Shown here piece by piece: positions 9,068-19,930 of a stretch of DNA of 64,000 nt; within the stretch, counting starts at the first letter, position 1, and every line of letters begins with the position of its first letter. Below the pieces are notes generated by a model that saw only the letters and a list, made by a program, of their open reading frames with translations, was not told the origin of the DNA and searched no databases. The position numbers and the translations under genes are program-made. The DNA is taken from contig CP060755.1 in assembly GCA_023205875.1 (NCBI GenBank), positions 124,001-188,000 on the forward strand, given 5' to 3'. Source of the DNA: Chloropicon primus. Lineage: Eukaryota.

Positions 9068-10927
9068 ATGGCGACGACGAGGAGGGCGTTCGAGGCGCAG
9101 GGGATGACCCTGAAGGACGAGATGTGCGTGAAGCTTGCGGCGCGGGTGAGTGGCATGTTGGGTATCGGAGACATGATGGAGCTGGCGGAGGAGTACGAGG
9201 TGTTTCATATCAACAGGGGGGAATCGAGCAACGTGGTGACGACGGAGCTCCTCGAGGCGTTCAAGGACCACCTTCAGAGGCAGAGGTCGGAGGTCCTGAG
9301 CAAGAAGAAGAGGGCGGGCGGGTGGCACACGTACGCGTCCATGGACCTCGACGACGTCTCGGTCTCGCTCGACAGGTCTTTCAGCAAGGTGCAGACGCAG
9401 CAGGCTGGCAAGAAGGGGGGCTTCGCGAAGCCGGGTCCCGTGGCTCAGGCCAGATCGTCGAAGCGCGCGTCGGACGCGCCCGAGACCCAGGCGAAGGCCG
9501 GGAGCACCTTCTCCAAGAGGGCGAGGAGCGGGACGGACTTCGCCTCCCTCGTTGTGAAGCACAAGAAGCGGCCCGACGCGGAGGAGGAGGCGGAGGGCGC
9601 GCCCAAGTACAGTAAGGTCTTGGACGAGGACACGGGCGCGCGGAGCCTGCTGCGAGGGCCGGGGACGAGCGCGAGGTTCATGTACGACACCGCGGAGGCC
9701 AAGGCGGCGCTCGTCGACGAGAGGATCCAGAGGCTCGTGGACCTCCTGGAGACCCGTTTCGGAATAGACGCGTCCAACTCGGTGTACGGCATCGCGAACG
9801 AGCCGGTCGTGGTCTGCGGGAGAATCTGCTGCGACTCGGCCGAGGGCAGAATCAACGAGGCCTCCATTCTCATCGAGGGCTCGTCCCTGCACTCGCAAGG
9901 GATGAAGGTGAGGCTGGACACGAGCAAACTCAGTTCCCTGAGCCTCTTTCCTGGCCAGGTCGTGGCGGTGGAGGGGATCAACCCGAGCGGCCACTGCATC
10001 ACGGCCTTCGGGATTCTCACGGGGGTGCCCAAGCCGCTCTGCGCCGCGGGCTCGAGCCACAGGGCCTTGGGGAGGGCCGGGGACCGGAGCAGAAGGGTAG
10101 TCGTGGCCTCCGGGCCGTTCACCACTGTTGAGGACTTGTCCTTGGAGCCCCTCAAGGCCCTGATCGAGTCCGCTTCCGAGGACAAGCCAGATTTCCTCGT
10201 CCTGAACGGGCCCTTCGTCGACAAGGACCACCCAATAGTAAAAGCGGGTCAGGTGGACGTCGAGTTCGAGGACCTCTTCGACTTGTGCTGCGAGAGCTTC
10301 CGAAAGCTCCCGAGGGAGACCAAGGTGGTCCTGGTGCCCTCCGTGAGGGACGTGCACCACGACCCCGCGTACCCGCAGCCGCCCTTCAGGACCAACGGGA
10401 TGCCTGGAGACGTGAGGGAGAAGATCATCTGCGCGCCAAACCCGGCGGTGGTGTCGTGCAGCGGCGTCACGATAGGCGCCACCTCCCACGACATCTTGAA
10501 GCATTTGAGCGGCTCGGAGCTGCACAGGTCCTCCTCGAGCTCGGACCGCATGGCGAGGCTCGCCTCGCACGTCCTACAGCAGAGGAACTTCTACCCCCTG
10601 TCCCCCCCGGCGCCGGGCACGTGCCTCGACTCCAAGCTCGCCTCGGAGAAGGACGCGATTTTCCTTCCAAACTCCCCGGATGTCCTCGTGCTGCCCTCGG
10701 ACCTGAACCCTTTCGCGAGGGAGGTTTCCGTTCAGCCGAGCGTCCACACCCGGGACGGCCACGTGGGCGTCTTCTCCACGAAAATTCCAGAGAGCTCCGC
10801 TCAGGAGGCCTCGTGCATCTGCGTCAATCCGGGGCGCCTCGCCAAGGGCCCGACCGGTGGAACCTTCTGCCTGCTGGACGTGACCCCCTCGGGGGAGCTG
10901 GAGAAGGCCACCATCAGAAGAATATGA
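9068..10927 (+). CDS. POLA2: DNA polymerase alpha subunit B
   Basis: GRICCDS, SLFPGQVVAVEGINPSG, ASGPFT, PDFLVLNGPFVD, LVPSVRD, YPQPP, QRNFYPL, PDVLVLPSDL, VNPGRLAKG. Confidence 0.95.
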   Translation: MATTRRAFEAQGMTLKDEMCVKLAARVSGMLGIGDMMELAEEYEVFHINRGESSNVVTTELLEAFKDHLQRQRSEVLSKKKRAGGWHTYASMDLDDVSVSLDRSFSKVQTQQAGKKGGFAKPGPVAQARSSKRASDAPETQAKAGSTFSKRARSGTDFASLVVKHKKRPDAEEEAEGAPKYSKVLDEDTGARSLLRGPGTSARFMYDTAEAKAALVDERIQRLVDLLETRFGIDASNSVYGIANEPVVVCGRICCDSAEGRINEASILIEGSSLHSQGMKVRLDTSKLSSLSLFPGQVVAVEGINPSGHCITAFGILTGVPKPLCAAGSSHRALGRAGDRSRRVVVASGPFTTVEDLSLEPLKALIESASEDKPDFLVLNGPFVDKDHPIVKAGQVDVEFEDLFDLCCESFRKLPRETKVVLVPSVRDVHHDPAYPQPPFRTNGMPGDVREKIICAPNPAVVSCSGVTIGATSHDILKHLSGSELHRSSSSSDRMARLASHVLQQRNFYPLSPPAPGTCLDSKLASEKDAIFLPNSPDVLVLPSDLNPFAREVSVQPSVHTRDGHVGVFSTKIPESSAQEASCICVNPGRLAKGPTGGTFCLLDVTPSGELEKATIRRI

Positions 10928-11049
10928 AAACAAATAACCGCCGAAACCAAATCGTATTAATAAATCTTTGGTCCCAAACCAACCCACCCCCTCTTCAATC
11001 ATCACAGCCTCAAAAAAGCAACCAAAAAATTAAAGTGGATAAGGAAAAG

Positions 11050-12194
11050 ATGGCGATGGCGGGCTCTCTCGGTCGGGGGAGGTTGACGGGGAGGACGCGG
11101 CCGCGTACGTCGACCTCGGTCGGAAGATGGGGGCCGCGGCGACGCTTCGCGTCGGTGAGGCGAGGCGCCGCGCCGAAGCCGGGGCCGGGGGGAAATCCCC
11201 TTGCCTCGTCTCAGATGCTCGTCATCGTGCCTCCGCACCCTTTGGTCCAGCACTGGATCGCGGTCGCTCGGAATAAGTACAGCCCCAGCGCTCTGTTCAG
11301 GAACGCTCTTTCGGAGCTCGGCAGGATCCTCATTTACGAGGCCGTTAGGGAGTGGCTGCCTATCGTGGAGGCACAAATTGAGACGCCCTTGGCCCTCGCA
11401 GACGTGCAGATTGTGGACGCGGAGAAACCCATCAAGGTTGGTCATCGCTTTGCGCTCGACCGCACTCCGTGCGTGTGCGTGTGCGTGCCGGGAGAAGATC
11501 GTGCGGGGTGACGCGGTGCTTTTTTCTCTGCCTTTCGTTGACAAGCGTGTTGGAACTCTCTCTCTCTCTCTCTCTTTCGTGCATAATTATTTTATGTTCG
11601 CTCCCACCAACAACAGGTCGTTCCCATCCTCCGTGCGGGCCTGGTCCTGCTTGAAAACGCGCAGACCGTACTTCCCAGCTCCGAGACGTACCACTTGGGA
11701 CTCGTGAGAGACGAGAAAACGCTTCTGGTGAGTGCGAGCCACGATCGCCCCAGGTCCCCCAGGTCCTTGCTTTTGCTGACGACCTCGCTTTTCTACATTG
11801 TTATTACACAAGCCCACGGAGTACCTGAACAAGCTCCCGGATTCGTTCTCGCCTGACGACAAGATCCTCGTCGCGGATCCCATGCTTGCGACTGGTAAGT
11901 GTTGCTTTCCGCCTTTGGAGTGGCACAACAAGTTTCCTGACCTCTCTTCGCGCTCGCACTCGTTTTCCAGGGGGGACCTTGGCCCACGCCCTCGACTTGA
12001 TCGTGGAAAGGGGTGCGAAGCCGGAGAACATCAGAGTTATTTGCGCCCTGGCCTCCCCGCCGGGACTGTCGAAAATATCCGACAAGTTCCCAGGCTTGAG
12101 AGTCTACGCCGGAATCATCGACCCCGAGCTCAACGACCTTGGCTTCATCATTCCTGGTGTCGGGGACGCTGGCGACAGAAGTTTTGGAACCTGA
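11050..12194 (+). CDS. UPP: Uracil phosphoribosyltransferase, plastid type (exons 11050-11436, 11617-11727, 11813-11894, 11971-12194)
   Basis: VPPHPLVQHW...FRNALSELGRILIYEA, VVPILRAG, VADPMLATGGT, GFIIPGVGDAGDRSFGT; three canonical GT-AG introns restore the frame. Confidence 0.95.
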
Positions 12195-12341
12195 ACACAG
12201 AGACAGAGGGAGGGAGGGAGGATGTTCGGGCCACGTAACGGAGCAACGGGAAAGGGACTAGGCCTTTTACTAAGACGTGATGTGTTGTTTTGTTTTGTTT
12301 TGTATAACTACAAGAAATAGCTTTTCTTCTTTCCCCCCGCC

Positions 12342-12762
12342 TTACTTCTTGATTTCCCTGTGAAGCGTGTGCTTCTTCAAGAACTTGTTGTACTTCATCA
12401 TCTCCATCCTGTCCGGGTTGTTCCTGCGATTCTGTTTCGTTCGACGTTTCCCACGAGCAGAGAGACAGAGAGAGAGCGTTGTTGTTGTCAGCACGCTGCG
12501 TTTTGGGGTGGGGGCGAAGAAACAAAGAGACGACGGAACGACGAGACACCTCAGCCTCGCTCGCTCACCCACTCACCTTTGTCGTGTTGTACCTGCTCAT
12601 GCCAGGGACTCCGCTTCCTTTCTGTTCCGTGCACTCGAGCGTGATGACCACCCTAACTTGCTTCCCCTTTTTCGCCATGCACGTGACCTGCCTGGTCGGC
12701 GCCACGGCGGTCCTCCTGACGGCAGGACGCGCCAGCCTACTCTGCATACTTCCCACGTTCAT
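12342..12762 (-). CDS. rpl33: Nucleus-encoded plastid 50S ribosomal protein L33 (exons 12762-12577, 12431-12342)
   Basis: Transit-peptide-like N-terminus, then [19 protein letters not shown]...SRYNTTK | [29 protein letters not shown]. Confidence 0.9.
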
Positions 12763-13176
12763 CCCTCGAGGCCAAAGGTATCGAGACAAAGTCCTTCTCT
12801 CCCCCTCAAGTCCTTCTCTCCTTCTCTCTCTCTTCCCGAAGCCGCCTTATCCAAAATGGAAAAGGCTCCTCTCGGGACCACAAGATCAACATTTCCATTT
12901 GGAAAGGTTGGTGGGACCGTTAAGGGGCGGTCATCCCAAGGGAAGGATCACGAGGATCCGTACTGACCTCGACTCGACCTTGGAGAGAGTCTGGTCTGGA
13001 GTTTGGGACGACGAGGAGGGCGGGTCAGAGGTGTGTGGGGGGGGGTGAGCCATCTCGCCGACGTCGAACGTCTTGGTCTCTTCTTCCCTTGGAACGGTTG
13101 AGCTGGAGACGGAGACCCTTGCTCGAACTCGACCCTGAGGACGTTTGCTTTGGAAAAAGTGGAGTGTGTGTTTGCT

Positions 13177-14236
13177 ATGATGGCGAGTGTGGGGGAGAGG
13201 AAGAAGGCGTTCAAGCCGATGCTCCCTTCTCAGTTCCAGTCGAGGGGGGCGCAAAAGACGTCAGACGGGGCGAGCCAGGGGAACGGTGGCCTGAGGACGG
13301 AGAACAAGACCACCTTTCGTTTCTTCTCCAATCAGCAGGGAGGGGAGAGGGCCGAGACCACGGGGAGGTCGTCCCTGGCGTCCTGCCTGGGCGAGACGAG
13401 CGACATGCTTCAGTAAGTGGATCCCTCGCGAGAGGCGGAGGCCTCCTTGCTGCCAGCGCGCGCGTGAGAGCCTGAGACGCTGACTGTGCTGACCTGTTGT
13501 TTCCACCACTCATTTTTGAATCATCATCACCATCGCCATCACAGGAAGATGAGGGCGAACTCTCTGACTCGGGCCAAGGCGGGGCCGACGCGCGCGCGGG
13601 AAGTGGGGAGGGCGAAGCAGGCCAAGCCTCCCCCGGTGAAGTTCTTTTCCCACAACAACGAGAAGAGCGTTGACTCTTACTTCAGCTCGAAACTTTCCAA
13701 GAGCATCGAGAGCTTGACCCAGAGCACGGATATGATGAAGCTCTCGAGGTCGAAGAACGCGCCTGCAAAGACGAACGGTACGAGTCCCTGAGATGGGTGA
13801 GCTGTGTTTTGTCGCACGACCGACGGACTGACACTCGCTGCTCTTTGTCTTTCCCCCGACCCGACCCCGGCGGAAACAAAAAGGTCTGCTCTTCAAGTGC
13901 AAGTGCCGCAGGTTCAAGGTCGGAAAGGCAGAGAGCCGGTACCCCTCCGACGTTCGCTTCTTTGACGACAGAATCGAGTACTGCTTCGTGAGGGAGTCCC
14001 AGTTCGGGAAGGACCACATTGCCATGGTGATGTTTTACAGGGACATGGTCTCCGCAAAGCTGTCGGAGCAGCAGGGCAGCTTCGTGTACAGAATCCCGCG
14101 GGAGCTCCACCACTACTTTCAGGACTACGAGCCCGAGAACCAGACCCACGTAATGAAGGTCAAGTTCGACAGGCAGAGCGAGGTGGCGGAGTTCAAGGAG
14201 AACGTCTTGCCGGTCATAAGGGGATCCATGTTGTAA
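13177..14236 (+). CDS. Hypothetical protein: disordered N-terminus plus small beta-rich (PH-like?) C-terminal domain (exons 13177-13412, 13545-13777, 13884-14236)
   Basis: Two GT-AG introns with CTGAC branch points join three ORF pieces in frame. C-terminus LFKCKCRRFKVGKAESRYPSDVRFFDDRIEYCF...MVMFYRDM...VKFDRQSEVAEFKENVLPVI. Confidence 0.7.
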
Positions 14237-14366
14237 ACAAATCCAGGGCGCCGCGGGGACGGAGACTTCTTCTTCTTCTTGGGAATGGCTCGTTGTACAA
14301 GTATACGAAAAAATGTTGTATATCAAAAAAAACAATTGCATAGCGTTTGTGACCATCATCCCCGCG

Positions 14367-15089
14367 TCAACAAGCCCGCGTCCTCAGGACGAGCCGGGCC
14401 GCTTTCTCTGCCACGGTCAAGGCGTGAAGCGCCGTCTGAGCGTTGGAGTTGCCCAAGGTGGAGACGTGAACGATGTTGGCTTTCATTTCCTCGATGGCGG
14501 ATTCCGAAGAATCGACCGAGGAGAAGAGGTAGGAGTAGGTCCCGACCAGCTGACTCGTTCTCTCCTCCGCGAGGTCTGGATCCAAGCAAAGCCTCGGGGG
14601 TGACGGCTCGGAGTGGGCCACCGCTACGGCGACTGATACCGGCGTCCCATACAGGGGTATGCCGGCCTCCATGAGCGCGAGCGCCGTCGCGTTCAGCAGG
14701 CAAGCCAGCAAGGACCCGTCCTCGGAGAGTATTTGGGCGACCACCGTGATGGTCGTTCTCGGGGGGCAGCTGGGGTCCAGGACTCCCGCCACGAATTTGA
14801 TGATGCTCTCCTCTAGCGCCTGCTCCCTCTCCCCCGATTGCCCCGAGACGGGAGACACGACCGACTTGACGTTCACGCTGACCCTGTCCCTGTTGGCCGT
14901 GGGCTTCACCACCACAGAAGCCAAGCTCGCCTCCGGCCCTTTCACTTCCACCGCCACTTCCGTCCTCCCCGACGTCAACCGCACCGACCCCTCGACCTTC
15001 CCATTCCCTACCCCCGTCACCCCCAGCTCGTACCTCGACGACCGCAGCTCCAGATCCTCCCGCCCATCCCCTCTCCCCCCGTCCACCAT
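14367..15089 (-). CDS. RRP46: RNA exosome RNase PH-type subunit RRP46 (EXOSC5)-like
   Basis: RGDGREDLELR, GSVRLTSGRTEVAVEVKGP, PRTTITVVAQILSEDGSLLACLLNATALALMEAGIPL. Confidence 0.8.
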   Translation of the reverse strand: MVDGGRGDGREDLELRSSRYELGVTGVGNGKVEGSVRLTSGRTEVAVEVKGPEASLASVVVKPTANRDRVSVNVKSVVSPVSGQSGEREQALEESIIKFVAGVLDPSCPPRTTITVVAQILSEDGSLLACLLNATALALMEAGIPLYGTPVSVAVAVAHSEPSPPRLCLDPDLAEERTSQLVGTYSYLFSSVDSSESAIEEMKANIVHVSTLGNSNAQTALHALTVAEKAARLVLRTRAC

Positions 15090-15355
15090 TTTCCTTTCTC
15101 CCAAACAATAAACTAAACTTCCCTCCCCCGGAGCGCACGTCGTTTCCTTCCAGCGACCGACAACTGGAACGACCCCCCCCGCGGCAAGACCAGTCCCTTC
15201 CCTCGCGCCCTCCTCCCCAACTACGGACACCCCAAACCCTCCTCCTCCTCCTCCTCCTCCGCTCGCCCCGATGGATGGCGCCCCTGGAGTTGTACGACTG
15301 CGAGGGGTGTTCCGGGGCGGGGGGACAGATAGGTGGGGACCTTGGGGCAAGGAGA

Positions 15356-17385
15356 TGAGGACAAAGATGAGGGAAAGAGGGGGAGGGAAGAGGGGCAAGG
15401 GGGTGACCATGGTAGTGTGCGTGGTGTGTTGCCTGGCCATGATGGGAGCAGAGGCTGTGACGTACGAAAACGGAGAGACTGTGTCCATGTTTGCGAACAA
15501 GGTTGGACCCTTCAACAACCCGAGCGAGACGTACGAGTTCTACAACTTTCCCTTCTGCGAGGCGGAAAAGAAGAAGGAGAAGCTCTTGTACCTGGGAGAG
15601 GTCCTCGAGGGGGATCGCTTGGTGAACACGCCATTCAAGATTGGGTTCAAGGAAGACAAGCCGGACGAGAAGCTGTGCTCCCAGGAAATCAGCGCAGAAC
15701 AACACAAACTGCTGAAGCACGCGATAGAGAACGACTATTACTTCCAAATGTTTTTTGATCATCTCCCGCTGTGGGGATTCATTGGAAAGGTAAGCCAATC
15801 TTCGAGTCTCGAGGTCTTCCCTCTCCGTCACCGGCAAACTCTTTTCTGGAGAGAAAACCTCCCACCACCACACCACCCCTGGGCTGAGGGACCTCTCTCT
15901 GTGTCTGCGTGTCTGCGTGTACTTATTGCGATGTCCTCCGCCAGAGGCTGACACCCTTCCTCTCCTCCTTGCCTTGCCTCTCCCCTTTGCCTGCTTTGGA
16001 TGGACGTCGATACAACCTGAACACAACAACGAAAGGTGGACAAAGGCCATGAAGTGAAGCTCTTTTTGCACACGCACTTTGATGTGCACTACAACGGGAA
16101 CCGCGTGATTGAGATCAATGTTGCCACGGACCCCTCGAGGGTCTTGGACCTCACGGAATCCCTCAAGCTCGGGTCGGTGACCGCGGAGTTCTCTTACTCA
16201 GTCAAGTGGAAAGAGACCAACATCAAGTACGAAAACCGTTTGGACAAGTACTCGAGGTTCTCCTTCCTGAAGCAGCACTTGGAGATCCACTGGTTTTCGA
16301 TCATCAACTCGATTGTGACGGTGCTGCTCCTCACTGGGTTCTTGGCCACGATTCTCATGCGTGTGCTGAAGAACGACTTCATGAAGTACACCAACGAGGA
16401 CTTGGAGGCAGACGACGAGGACGAGAGTGGGTGGAAGCTGGTGCACGGGGATGTATTCAGGTTCCCGGAGAACCCCAGCCTCCTTGCAGCGATCGTGGGG
16501 ATAGGAACGCAATTCCTGGTCCTCACTCTTTGCATTTTCATTCTCTCTATGGTTGGGATCTTCTACCCATACAACAGGGGAGCCATCCTCACGTCTTTTG
16601 TCGTGCTCTACGCCTTGACCTCCGGCCTGGCGGGCTACTGCTCTGGCCTGCTTTTCAAGCAGCTTGGGGGCAAGAACTGGGTGAGGAACAACATCTTGAC
16701 GTCCGGGCTCTTCATAGTGCCCTTGTTCTTGGTGTTCTCCGTGAACAACAGCATCGCCTGGAACGCGGGGACCACGGCGGCTTTGCCCTTTGGTACCATT
16801 TGCATCATGGTGGTGATCTGGGCTCTGGTCACGATGCCGCTGTCGGTTCTCGGAGGAATCTTCGGCAAGAACAGCAAGCTGGAGTTCAACGCCCCTTCCA
16901 GAGCCAACAAGTACGCAAGGGAGATCCCAAGCCTGCCCTGGTACAGGTCGACCATCCCCCAGATGGTCATGGCGGGCTTCCTGCCCTTCTCTGCCATCTA
17001 CATCGAGCTGTACTACATCTTTGCTAGCGTGTGGGGGCACAAGGTGTACACGATCTACTCCATCCTCTTTATCGTCTTCTTGATCCTGATCGTGGTCACC
17101 GCTTTCATCACCATCGCTTTGACGTACTTCCAGCTTGCCGCGGAGGACTACCACTGGTGGTGGAGGTCGATCTTGTGCGGAGGGTCCACAGGCTTTTACA
17201 TTTTGGGGTACTGCTACTACTACTTCTACTACAGGTCGGAGATGGATGGACTGATGCAGACTTCCTTCTACTTTGGGTACATGGGACTGGTGTGTTACGC
17301 CTTCTTCATGATGCTCGGTATGGTCGGCTTCAGGGCCTCCCAGCTGTTCGTGAGGAGCATCTACAGGGCCATCAAGTGCGACTGA
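15356..17385 (+). CDS. Transmembrane 9 superfamily (nonaspanin/EMP70) protein (exon 1 ends 15789, exon 2 16036-17385; start may be 15356 or 15409)
   Basis: ANKVGPFNNPSETYEFY, YYFQMFFDHLPLWGFIGK, EIHWFSIINS, GWKLVHGDVFRFP, GFLPFSAIYIEL, C-terminal IYRAIKCD. Confidence 0.95.
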
Positions 17386-17642
17386 GGGTATTCATGGGTC
17401 TGCCAAAGAACCCCAAAAAAAGAAAAAAACGTTTTTGAAACATTTTCGTCGTAACCGTAATATAAAACTTATTCAACAACATTCCATGATGATCACGAGC
17501 TCTTGACTTGCGTCCTCCTTCGACTTCCCCACCAGGGGAAGCTCTTCCGCTCCTCCCAGCTCGGATAAATTTGTGGGGAGATGAATTTTTTTGAGTAACC
17601 GCCAGACGCGGCGGGGGCGGGAGTGGTCAATTGAAGGGAAAG

Positions 17643-19724
17643 ATGAATGCCCACCACTCGGGGCGGTGTCTCAGACCCGGGGTGGTGTTCGCGCTCGCGC
17701 TCGCGCTCGCGCTCCTGGTTCCAATTGCCATGGGGGCCGACGACGGGGCGCTGGGCGTGCACTACGAGTACCAGGTCGAGGTCCCCTCGAACCAGCGGGA
17801 GACCCTGGAGAAGGCTCTTGGAATCGTGTCTCGGTGGCTTGGAGAGAATTTGCAGGTCAAGCGGCCGGAGGGCACCGCGTCCCTCTTCCTGGAACCTCAG
17901 TGCACTCGCTTCGTGACGTGGTCGGGTGCAGTGAATCGCAAGGAGTGCCTTGACTACTCCTTGTCGTCCTGCGGAAAGGCGGAGGTGAATCCGCAGCTCT
18001 ACCGTCCCCGCGAGGTCTGCGACCCGACGAGGCCCAGAAATTGCGAGACTGTTGGGCGGGGGAATCCAGGTGCCCCTGCTGGGGCTCAGCTCGTGGTTTA
18101 CGTTACGTCGTCACCATCGCCTGGCTGTTCTCAGGGGGACGAGGTGGGGGAGCTCGCCTCCGCAGTTTACTGCACGAGGAGCTCAGTGGACGATAGACCC
18201 ACGAGTGGCAACGTGAACATCTGCCCGGAGACTCTGCAGAAGGCGGCCTCGAGCGAGCGCGAGCTCTATCGCCTTGCCGACACCCTGCTGCACGAGCACT
18301 TTCATCTTTTGGGCTTCAATCCTGGCCTGTTTCCTGACTTCGTGGGCGAGGATGGAAGCAGAATCGGCGAGGACAAGGTCGTCCGGAGGCAGGAAGGCGG
18401 CCAGACCTCAATCATAACTCCGAGAGTAGTGGCGGCAGCGCGGCAGCACTTCGGCTGCGATACCCTCGATGCGGTCCCGCTGGAGAGAAGCGGAGGGACG
18501 GGCACAGCTGGAGGTCACTGGCCTGCCGATTTGTTTGGGGATCGCGAGATCATGGTTCCCACCATTGCTCTCACGCGGGCGGTCGTATCGGATATGACGC
18601 TTGCCCTTATCGAGGACAGTGGCTGGTACCGATCCTTGAAGAACAGTTCCTTGGGATATCTCAGTTTCAACCGAGACGTGGGATGCTTGGCGGGAAACGG
18701 GTTTTGCGACGCCGAGGCCTCTTCCGAGTATTATTGCAAAGATGACGGAAGGGCCTCGTTTTGCTCGCCCGATCACTATTCAGTGGGCGCCTGCGAAAGG
18801 GCAACCGATGCGCAGTGTTCCATGGTCAAGAGTTTCGGAAACATGATCTGCAGAGACGAGGCTGCGGACGCGCAATCCACTCTCGGCTACGACCCGAAGG
18901 ATTGGGCACAACGCTACGGGGAGTCTAGCAGGTGCTTGCCAATTGCCAGTGAGCCGTACGAGTGGCGAAATGATGTGAACCAGTTCTCCTACACCCTAAT
19001 GGGCCTCGGGGGCTCGGGTGGGTGCTTCAACGTGAGATGCGACAGAAGCCGAGGCACGGAAGATCTCAGGATTATGGTCCGAGGTCCCGACGGTCAGGAG
19101 ACCGAGTGCAGAGAAGGGGGCTATGTGGATGCTAAAGCCTTGAGCAATGGGCTGCAAAGCGGTAAAATAGGCCCATGCCCTTCCGCGAAGGCGTTCTGCA
19201 GCAACCTTGGATGCCCGAGCGACTGCTCAGCACGAGGTGACTGCTTCAATCCGAACGGGGAAGCGGAGTGCCGCTGCTACTTGGGGTTCAAGGGGGAAAG
19301 TTGCAACAATCTCATGGAGGAAACCGACACCGTCTTCCCGGCAGGGGCTAGGAATGTCACCGCGAGCGCTCCCACGGCACCACCGCTAGAGATGGATGCA
19401 ATGGCCAGCGAAGAACCACAAGATTCGGGGATCGAGGAGGCCGAGAGTGGAGGTGCAAATATTCCCTGGAAGGTGGTTGCCGTCGGTTGTGTTGTCTTGG
19501 TCGGCGCCTTGGCTCTCGTCATAACTTTCTGGCTGATCGCGCGGCGCTTCAAGTCAACACCCAGAGGCAGAGGCAGAGGCAGAGGTGGTGGTACGCAAAT
19601 GCAGCATTTGTCTTTGTCTGAGACAGCTGAAGCTCCGGAGGAATCTAATGACTTGGACGGAGGCATTGTTGGGGTCCACGCTCACAGGCTCCTCTACGGA
19701 ACCTCCATTAAAGTTGATGTTTGA
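17643..19724 (+). CDS. Leishmanolysin-like (peptidase M8/GP63) metalloprotease with signal peptide, EGF-like motif and C-terminal TM helix
   Basis: Hydrophobic signal; DRPTSGNVNIC, LLHEHFHLLGF (HExxH), TPRVVAAARQHFGC, GTAGGHW, E-I-M Met-turn, TLALIEDSGWY; CPSDCSARGDC...CRCYLGFKGESC; TM near the C-terminus. Confidence 0.9.
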   Translation: MNAHHSGRCLRPGVVFALALALALLVPIAMGADDGALGVHYEYQVEVPSNQRETLEKALGIVSRWLGENLQVKRPEGTASLFLEPQCTRFVTWSGAVNRKECLDYSLSSCGKAEVNPQLYRPREVCDPTRPRNCETVGRGNPGAPAGAQLVVYVTSSPSPGCSQGDEVGELASAVYCTRSSVDDRPTSGNVNICPETLQKAASSERELYRLADTLLHEHFHLLGFNPGLFPDFVGEDGSRIGEDKVVRRQEGGQTSIITPRVVAAARQHFGCDTLDAVPLERSGGTGTAGGHWPADLFGDREIMVPTIALTRAVVSDMTLALIEDSGWYRSLKNSSLGYLSFNRDVGCLAGNGFCDAEASSEYYCKDDGRASFCSPDHYSVGACERATDAQCSMVKSFGNMICRDEAADAQSTLGYDPKDWAQRYGESSRCLPIASEPYEWRNDVNQFSYTLMGLGGSGGCFNVRCDRSRGTEDLRIMVRGPDGQETECREGGYVDAKALSNGLQSGKIGPCPSAKAFCSNLGCPSDCSARGDCFNPNGEAECRCYLGFKGESCNNLMEETDTVFPAGARNVTASAPTAPPLEMDAMASEEPQDSGIEEAESGGANIPWKVVAVGCVVLVGALALVITFWLIARRFKSTPRGRGRGRGGGTQMQHLSLSETAEAPEESNDLDGGIVGVHAHRLLYGTSIKVDV

Positions 19725-19930
19725 TGTCTCGAGCTCTAAATAGTTAATTGCTTGTACAATTAAAAAATAAGAATATGCTACAATTGGGGAGACGAAGGAC
19801 GAAGTCCTGCCACCGCAACACGCGGACAGAAGAAAGCCCAAGGTGCCATCTTGGAACGCAGGACTGGGACTGAGTCGCTCAGGGACCCAGGGGCCTGCAA
19901 ACTGCCACGCACAACTAGGCAAGGAGGGGT

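Noticed and set aside
8816..10570. Long antisense or alternative-frame ORFs (e.g. 8816-10570, 14356-16089, 31058-32245, 33757-34944, 36880-37983, 57611-58795)
   Set aside because: They shadow well-supported genes, show no recognisable motifs, and are expected in GC3-rich coding DNA.
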